Assembly: GCA_016932245.1 (NCBI GenBank)
Contig: JAFGDG010000111.1
Location: 1 to 63,040, forward strand
DNA length: 63,040 bases
Direction of reading: 5' to 3'
Origin: Thermoplasmatota archaeon
Lineage (GTDB): Archaea > Thermoplasmatota > E2 > DHVEG-1
The notes beneath the pieces were generated by a model, which saw only the letters and a program-made list of their open reading frames with translations, searched no databases and was not told where the DNA came from. A program made the position numbers and the translations under genes. Below, in pieces: positions 1-9,400 of the stretch. Positions within the stretch are counted from its first letter, which is position 1. Every line of letters begins with the position of its first letter.

Positions 1-52
1 ATATATGAAACCATATCCTAAAACATATCTTTAAATATATATTTATATATTT

Positions 53-331
53 CTAATCGTCCCTTTTGATGGGAGATGAGTGCTCCTTTCCATCGAAAAT
101 CTCATCAACTGCACAGTTGGTAAATGCTAAGTCAATCTCCCCGGGACGATACTCGCCGTCTTTTGTATCCCAGTAAATTTCCATACTCTTTTCTTCAATC
201 GCCAAGACAATGCCCTTATATTCTCGATGATTTCCTACTCCATCTACCATTACTCGCTTGACCCGGTCGCCAAGGTTAAACGCGTCATAAAGCGAAGGAT
301 ACTTTGTTTTTTTCTTTTTATGGCCAAACAT
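53..331 (-). CDS. small hypothetical protein (~92 aa), possibly a small beta-barrel (SH3/Tudor-like) fold
   Basis: The ORF track gives 53..373. The internal ATG at 331 (MFGHKKKK...) is preceded by GGTGAAAGG (SD-like) and lies ~45 nt downstream of a TTTATATA box at 373-381 (minus strand). The hydrophilic composition looks protein-like. No family recognised. Confidence 0.4.
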   Translation of the reverse strand: MFGHKKKKTKYPSLYDAFNLGDRVKRVMVDGVGNHREYKGIVLAIEEKSMEIYWDTKDGEYRPGEIDLAFTNCAVDEIFDGKEHSSPIKRDD

Positions 332-372
332 GTACCTTTCACCTACCACTATGATAATGTTTAACAATAACA

Positions 373-404
373 ATATATAAAGCTATCTTGAAAAAATGTC
401 AAAA
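373..404 (-). promoter_or_regulatory. bipartite promoter copy 1: TTTTGACA-N14-CTTTATATA (read on minus strand)
   Basis: Plus strand reads atatataaag-ctatcttgaaaaaa-tgtcaaaa. It matches copy 2 at about 28 of 30 positions. The 14-nt spacing between the TATA flank and TGTCAAAA is the same as at 45729-45760 and 57377-57408. It sits ~45 nt upstream of the ATG at 331. Confidence 0.5.
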
Positions 405-415
405 GAGACATATTG

Positions 416-3400
416 TCACTTTTCTTTATATTTAGTGATATAGCTGATACCTTTTTCGGTAATTTCAACTTCATTATCCATTGTGTATTCCATCAATCCG
501 TCTTCTACCAATTCTTGCACAACTTGTTCTAAGTCAGACATCGAAATATGTAAAGCACTTAGAACAGTAGATGCATCCACGTCATTTGCGTATACCATTT
601 GTAATAGTCGACGTTTTGTTGGGTTATGTTCTTGTGCAAGTTCTGTGTCCTGAGACGCACATTCATTGATAAAGGTATCAACATCTTCCATTGTTCGACG
701 GATGATTCGTATTTTATCCTGTTGTGGTTTTTTCTTCTTGTGATGGAGAATAAGAGCAACCATTAACAACGTAAAGCTTCCGATTGTTCCTCCAAGCGCT
801 GCAGAGAATGGGTCAATGACTATCGTTCCGATTGTTAATGAGTTTGCACCAGTAGCGACTGCACGATAAATAATATAATATTCAGTTTCAGGGTCATCAA
901 GAATAGAAATCGTACCATTCTCTCGCCATATCATTTCAGATCCAATCGTTCGATTATCCGATGATTTTACTATTATCTCGTTGAGGTCAGGATAGAGATC
1001 TTCAACGGTGATATAAATCCAATCAGCTTTTTGTACATGAATGGTAACAATAATTGTTTCATCCTGTGTATTAACTGCAATATCTGACACCGTTGCTGGG
1101 GTATAAGCAACGGGCACCATTTCTTGTGTGGTAGTATCAACAAGATATTCTGGAATGGCGTCTTCATCAACTGAGTACAGGCAGAATGGCGTTTGTTCTA
1201 CCATTAATGAACGCACAACACCCTCCCCATTTGTATATATGGATGATACACGTTCTTCTGAAGTAAAGGCCAATTCTTGATCGCTTTGCCTGAGTTGTAG
1301 TTCTGGAGGTATCTCTTCGTTACCTTCATAATTGGTGACAAGAGCGCTCACGTCTTGATAATCAATACGCCCATCCTCATTGATGTCTTCAGGAATCCAT
1401 CCCGGCTCACCAGTTTCCCCATACTGTTCTGTCACCAGTTCGACATCCTCAGTATCGATAATACCATCCTTGTTGACATCACAATTGATGCCGAGAACTG
1501 GTTGTTCCTCCTCTGACTGTGCTTCTGGTGTCTCACCTCCCAAAAAGCTCCAACTCCAAGAAACAGTTGGTACAGGTACATACTGTATAGAAACGTCGTT
1601 CATGCAATTGATAAGCCTATCGCCAGGAGTAACATATGCACCAACATTACTCTCAAGAGTAGCACCAGTAATTGCTAAATCACTCCATTTGAGATCATCC
1701 ATGTAAACTGTGGTTACCGTAAGCGTACCTGCTACCTTATCTTGTTCAAACTCAAGCACATAAGCCTCTCCATAATGATTGACAAAAATCATCAAATCAA
1801 GAATATTGACTCTTCCATCACCGATAATATCTTCTCGTATCCAACCAGGTACGCCAGTCTCGCCATACCGTTCGACAAGAAGCTGCGAGTCGATATCATC
1901 GACACGGCCATCACGGTTAATATCCCAATCGTATGCATCTACAGTGAACCACCACTGAGGCCCAACAATTTCATTTAATCCGTCATCAATAACGACATAC
2001 CAGCTGATGTTGGTATAGCGAGGCAATTCGTCGATTTCTACGGATGCAACTGAATTATTTGTTACTTCAGTATCAGTACCGATTAACGCACCATTCCCCC
2101 AATGAAAGCGAACATCAAGCGATCCTTTTACTTCGTCATCAGGTTCTGTTCCTTTACGGTTGACAAAGTCAAGGGTAGGATCTCCAAAGAGATTCAACCC
2201 ATAATAACACCACCGCATACAGGAATCCCAGATGCGATAAAGATTATCTTCTTTAGAATCTTGATTTGCCTTTCCCATTGCTGTAAGATTTTCATTGAAG
2301 ACCGCATCCCAGAATTCTCTATCAAATCGTTGCGATGGGCCATCTGTCGAATGGTATCGCCCCCATCCGTATCGTGCGTTCCAGATTCCAGCTACAGCAC
2401 CGTGTGCTGTTTTGGCGGTGAAGTACTCAGCAATACAATCCCTGTCATCAAATCCACCAGCCATACATCCTTGTGAATAAATAAAGCAATACTTATCATT
2501 AGTTAAGCTTTGCACATCTGATGTTGACATTTTCAGGTTGTTGTAGTAGTTTGCATGTCCAAGATGATTAATGATGTGAACGCCATTGTTAATTCTATTT
2601 TTTAGTGACGTTTTTGACCAGTATCCATCTCGATCATAGAGGGTGTCAATTGTATATTCCTCTGTTGGTATGCCAACGGTTGTATAACCATGCATGCTTG
2701 AACCATCAATCATTTCATCCTTATGATTACCGCCCCAGTTTGAAGGCCCACCAAAACCAAGATATTCGCCAACAAACAAGACCTCATTGAGATATTCATC
2801 CTCGTCAGCATCTATATATGCAATGGTCTTACTGACGAAATTCTCAACTTCTGTTTGCGAATCAACACACGCTCGACCAACGTATACTTCAGCAAGTAAA
2901 TCCACATCGCCGCCACTGTCACCATCAGTTGGTTCTCCCCAACGACCATCGTTATCTCGGTTGAATGATCCATCAAGACAGCCGTAATAAATATCTGACG
3001 GTTTGGTTACGGTATATCCTCCATACCAGGATTGTACCCACAAATGACGTGCGGGAACAACATTGTCATCACCACCAAGTAACACATACTCAATTCCGAG
3101 ATTTGTGTACGCATCTCGAATGAAATTACGAATCTTCTCAGCATTGTCAACACCTGTATATCCGCTATAGATTTCCTCAGTTGTTGCAATAAACGTCTTG
3201 ACCCCTTCGGCGTCATGTGCCTCTCTTAATGGCTCGAATCCTTCTTTCAGAGAATCAGTTGTAATAATGACAAGATCATGCTCTCCTGTTGGGGATTCAC
3301 CAGAGCCGTCACCCATTCCGTATAAATGAGCGACCTCTGGATTATCGACAAAGTCACCAAGCGCTTCAGCATCACTGTCAAACTGACGATAAAACGTGTT

Positions 3401-6400
3401 CATCGTTCCGGATCCTGAAGTCTCTACCTCAACAAGCATGTCTCGGTAATAGAATAATTCTCCAGACGCCGGTTTGTATTGCACGGGATGAAGAGTTAAC
3501 ACAAGAATATCATAACCCCTAAACTGATAAATGCCAATTTCAGTGTAGAGATTTCCTGGAAACATCTGATCAGAAGTATAAATGGATTCGTCGGGTACAG
3601 GATTCGTTCCTTCATAATCACTTGACAATTGTGCAGGCATAGGCGAAGGCTCTACTAGGTATGTTCCTTCTAGTTTTTCTTGGTCGCTGGTGGTAATAGC
3701 AATGTTGCAAACTTCAGAATCAGGCGGCAAAAGTAAGTACACTCCACTTGAAGGGAGACAAGGTTCACCGGGATCTCCTAGACCTTGTGCACCATCTAAG
3801 GTTACCCTATCATAGAGTGTACCACCAAGAGAAACCTGCTCGACTTCAGGTTCCTCAAATGAGTACGGCTCAGAAACAACACAACTCAATAGTCCAATAG
3901 TAGGATCAACCCACTGTGTACGATTTGCTGGAAACTCAAGGGTTGGCTTGTTAGGAACACTGTAGAGATTCTGAATCTCTTGTAAAGAGAGTGCCCTATT
4001 CCAGATAGCAATTTCATCAATTCCCCCCTCAAAGTGCTGTAATAAATTCTTGTTTGCACCAATGATAACGGCACCTGTTGCCCCTTCTTCGGTGACATTC
4101 ATACTACATTGTTCAATTCCATCGACATATATCGTGATTCTGTTGTTAGCATATACTAAGACATAATGATGCCACACCTCTTCTTGAGGTAAGAATCCTG
4201 TTACTTTGACAACACCGCCAAGAGAAGTGACCAGCTCCCCATCATCTATTGCGAGAGCATCTCTTCCTATTCCACCGCCGTTTTGTCGCGACATTAGCGT
4301 GTGATATCCCTCAAGATCCTCGCTCTGTGCCCATATTGAAATGGTAAAGATATCATAACTTGCGGTCATTCCAGCAATAGAAACATAATCATGTTCTCCA
4401 TCAAAGTATAACCCTCTGTTAAATTTCCCTTGAGCACTCCAGGAGGCTCCATGGACAATACCATGATTGTTGCTACCAGAGGAGTCATAAACGGTAAACC
4501 CAGTTCCTTCGTTAAAATGCCATAATCCTCGTAAATACCCATCAGTAATAGTTACTGTTGCACTATTAGTCGATTGAGCACCATCATTATCTTGTACTTG
4601 TACGGTAGCAACATAGGTACCTGCAAAACCATATTGTCGTGTTATATGAGCTGTCGTTGACCAGCTTGTATCATAGACACCATCATTGGTGAAGTCCCAT
4701 CGATATCCGACGATAGAACCATCTGAGTCATAACTTGCTGAGGCATCTAATGAAATTTCATCATTAACAAATCCCGAATAAGGGCCGCCAGCATCGGCAA
4801 TAGGCACATTATTTGATGAAATCGTTACCGTGGCCGTATCGGTATCAAGTGCGCTATCATCATCTTTGACTTGTACTTTCACGGTATAGGTACCGGCAAC
4901 AGCATAGGTGTGTTGTTGAGCGGACATAATCCACGAGGTATCATAAATACCATCACCAGTGAAGTCCCAGCGATACCCAACGATAGAACCATCGATATCG
5001 CTACTTTCTGATGCATCAAAAGTGACTGGAATATCCGTAACTCCTGTATATGGCCCACCCGCATCAGCCGTTGGTGGGCTATTGACCGTAATGGTTGCAA
5101 CCGCTGTATCGCTGTCTGTTGCCCTGTCGGAATCTCGTACTTGTAGCAGAACAGTAAACGTTCCTACTATCTCATATTCATAGGAAAAGAAAGAATCAGG
5201 TAGCCAGTTGGTGTCCCACACCCCATCACCGGTTACGTCCCATCGATATCCGGTAAGTGGGCCGTCACTATCTCCACTTGCAGAACCATCAAACAAGAGT
5301 TCTTCTCCGACATCTGCGGTATATGGTCCGCCCGCATCAGCTGTTGGCGGACTATTTGAAGTGATGGTTATGGTGGTTGTATCAGTGTCAATTGCATCAT
5401 CGTTATCTTTTACTTGTAGTACCGCGGTGTATGTTCCTGTTTTACTGAACGTATGGGTTGTTGTTGTGGTGTCTAGCCACTCAGTGTCATACACCCCATC
5501 ACCAGTGAAGTCCCACCGATAGCCGACAATGCTCCCGTCAGGATCGACACTTGCCTTGCCAGTGAAAACAACTATTTTATTAATACGAGCAGTATATGGC
5601 CCACCCGCATCAGCGATGGGCTGACGATTTGTTACTTCTGTGATCAGTGCAGTTGTGGTATCTTCATCATATTGTTCCTCATCATCTTTTACTTGCAATT
5701 TTACTGTGTAGGTTCCAGCAGCAGAATAACTGTGCGTTGTTGTTGGTGAAGATGCCCATTCAGTATCCCATATTCCATCACCAGTGAAGTCCCAGCGATA
5801 CCCAACAAGACCGTCTTCTACATCAGAACTACCTGATGCATTAAATGTTATGCTGCTCAATACATGGCCATTATACGGTCCACCAGCATCGGCCACGGGA
5901 GGTTGGTTAACTACTTCTCGTATCTGAACGGTTGCTGTGTCTGTTGCTGTTTTTCCTTCATTATCAATAATTTCTAACTTTACGGTAAAGTATCCTAGTA
6001 CAGAATAGCTATGACTGGTCTTTGTACTTGTCAACCAATCAGTATCATACATACCATCATTGGTGAAATCCCATCGGTATCCGATGATAGAACCGTCACC
6101 GTCACAGCTTTTTCCCCCATAAAATTGCAACGAAGTATTTATTGTTTCTATATATGGTCCACCTGCATCGGCAATAGGTCCTGTATTTTCAGAAATAGTC
6201 ACAGTTGTTGCTCCCGTATCGGTTGCCCCTTCGTCATCTCGTACCTCAAGCCGTACTACATAGGTACTCACCCCTCCATAGCGATGGGTAATGGTTGGAT
6301 TGGTAATCCATTCTGTGTCATAGATGCCGTCATTGGTAAAGTCCCACCGATAGTCGACAATACCTCCGTCAGGGTCGGTACTACCAGAGCCATCTATTAC

Positions 6401-9400
6401 GAGCTGTTCATTTGGTCGTGCAGTATAGGGTCCTCCAGGATCGGCATGAGGTCGTGTATTGGCAACAACCTCAACTGTTGTATAATAGATATCGATCTCA
6501 CCGCTATCATCAGTGACTGTTAAACTTGCTCTGAATGGTCCAGGTGCCTGATAGACATGAAGCGGATTCTGTTCGGTGGATGTCTCCCCATCTCCAAATA
6601 ACCAATACCAAGAGATGATATCTCCATCCCCGTCGGTTGATTGGTCGATAAATGATACACTATCACCGACTTTGGGACCGAGAGGAATATATGAAAATTT
6701 TGCACGAGGACGAGCGTTTCCAACGACAATGGTAGCTCTTGCAGTATCTTGTGAACCACTATTGTCAGTAACAGTGAGTGTCACTGTATATGTTCCGTTA
6801 AACGAATATCGATGAGCTGGATGTCGACTGCTTGAATGCCTGCCATCTCCAAATTGCCATGACCATGAAACAATGCCCCCATCTCCATCTATTGATTCAT
6901 CAATAAAGTGGACACGTTCAGCTTGAACAGGCTCATTCGGTGAAAAACTGAATGCTGCATTTGGACGTTGATTGGGTGCAACAGTAATGTACTGCGAAGT
7001 CGTATCTTCTCCGCCAGTGGAATCTTTGATAGTAAGATTTACTGCATAGGTCCCTTGCTGAGTATATCGATGACGAGGATTCTGCATGGTAGATGCTATA
7101 CCATCGCCAAAGGACCAGTACCAAGAAACAATGTCATTTTCTGGATCAACAAATGACACATCAGTAAATTGAACAAAATCATTTGTGCTCGGTTCATTTG
7201 GGCTATAGGTGAAATCTGCAACTGATGGCAATGTCTCTACATAGGCATATTTTGATATTTGGTCACTTTGTCCCCTCTCATCAGTAATAAGAAGCGTAAC
7301 CATGTATGATCCAGAGGTTTCATAGGTGTGCGTTGGATGCTGTTCACTGGATGCTTCACCATCACCAAAGAACCAATCCCAAAGAACAATCTCTGTCCCT
7401 CGTTCTATTGAAAGATCGGTAAATTGAATGGTTTCATGTTTCTGCGGTACTTGTGGAGACCAAGACATATCTGCTACGGGTGGTCCACTTTGTGTCGTAA
7501 ATGTCCAGAGAGGACCTGGAGCAGAACGCCCATAGATATCTTCTGTATCGATTTGCCAATAATATTTTTCTCCGTATGTTATATCTGGATTGTAATGCGC
7601 TACTAAAAGATTATTGGCTACTAGCGGTGGAGGATTGGTAGTGCCCAGATAAACATCAAAGATAACAGCATCCCTCTCTGGATCGCCCCCTATCCAACGC
7701 AATACTTGATCCATGGAAACGTCAGTGGCTCCATCTGTAGGCGAGGGACTGCTGGCAGGATAGGGGCCATTATTCCACCCATGTTGCTCCATAAATGGAT
7801 AATGGTCACTATTGCTACTACTAGGAATTTTGTAAGGAGTGTCACCAATACCGTCTCCATCATCATCGACACCACCATAATCACTCCAATAATTACCACC
7901 GGCTGCCTCTCCGTTATCCCAACTGTTTACCGCCTCGTCATAGACACTGACAAACTCAGTAATGAAATTATTATGGTAAAAGAGATTTCCATCTGATCCA
8001 CCCTCAAGATAGACATTTGCTTTGTGTGGACTAAGTTCACCATTGGTGTTGAAGGTATTGTTGGTAAATGTATTTGTGACACAATCGCCCATCAACCAAA
8101 TACCACCCTGAGGGTTTCCAGCAATTACATTCCCATCAACAATGTTGCCTTCACAGTAATTATGGAGCCATGCTCCAAAAGTATTATCAACGATATGATT
8201 GTCGCGTATCATATTGTCTGATGAATCATACAGATTAAGGCCGAGGTCCGCCTCAGTAATACGATTGTCTTCAATTGTATTTGTTGACGACTCCCAGATA
8301 TCAATACCATTTTCAAATAGGGTATTGCTAATGATACCATTTTCTTCAGAAAAGTAGAGCTGAATAGCACTCTGGATATTTGCGGTAAATGTACTATTCG
8401 TAATGGTTATTTTTGAGGAATGTCCAACTTGGACACCCACATCAACATATGAAAGGGTTGCACCGTCAATGAGGATGTTTGTACAATCGGCTAAAATAAC
8501 CTGTCCTGCATCCGATGGTACCGTAATATCTTCTTCATTTTTGTAGAAATAGAGTGGTTTATCATTTACGACATTATTGTTGATGATATGGGTTTTCCAC
8601 GCAAGACGTGGACCTGAAAGACTGATTCCATTGTATTGGAATGTATTATCTTCCAGTAATGCATTGTAAGACGACTCGAGTACTATTCCTTCCCATTCAT
8701 TTATGACAAATGTATTTGCAGCGACCACTGTTCTGTTGGTATTTCGTAAGCGAAGACCACCTTTGTTGTTTGAAATGATATTACTGGATATTCTATTACC
8801 TGTTGTTTCTTCAGCCCAAATGCCGTAATAATTTTCAACAATCTGATTATATTCAATGATGTTTCCATTTGATTGTATGCTGATACCCGCTCCCGATCCA
8901 CTGTTCTGAATTGTGAAGTTTTGTATCGTACAATTGTTGACTGTAAGAGTGACAACATCTCCTTTCCCTCTGCCTTCAATAATAACATTTTGATTTTTTG
9001 CAACAAGCCGTGCCGGTCTGTTCATTCTCACATTTTCCTGATATTCTCCTTCAAAAACAACGACGGTTCCATTTACTGAGACATTGTCAAGACCCTTTTG
9101 AATAGTATCAAAATGAGTTACTCCCCACCCTGCTGTTTCATTGGTAAACTCATGGTCAACGTAGACGGTCTCTCTCAGCTCCTCTCGAAATTCTTGCTCT
9201 CCTGTCTCCATCAATGCATCATCAGAGCCGATGTATGATGATACAAACCACCAATCAATTCTATTATCAATCCATGAAAGTCCACCATAATGGTCACCTT
9301 TACAAAACGATCGTAACCGCCTGTCTGCTGCTAACCATTCAATTCTTTCCTGTTGACAGCCACCATGATGGTGATAGTCAAAATGGTAGATTGAGAGATA

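Noticed and set aside
373-404. TTGACA-N17-TATATA at all three bipartite promoter copies looks like a textbook bacterial sigma-70 -35/-10 promoter.
   Set aside because: The gene content is archaeal (RPA, ABCE1, eRF1-fold factor, archaeal-type GlyRS). The second box is better read as an archaeal TATA box with the ATG 40-65 nt downstream. The upstream box is therefore treated as a factor-binding site, not a -35 element.
4544-7489. A periodic ~260-275-nt repeat structure could be mistaken for a non-coding tandem repeat or CRISPR-like array.
   Set aside because: The period equals one PKD domain and the repeats are in frame within the giant ORF. There are no short conserved direct repeats with unique spacers.
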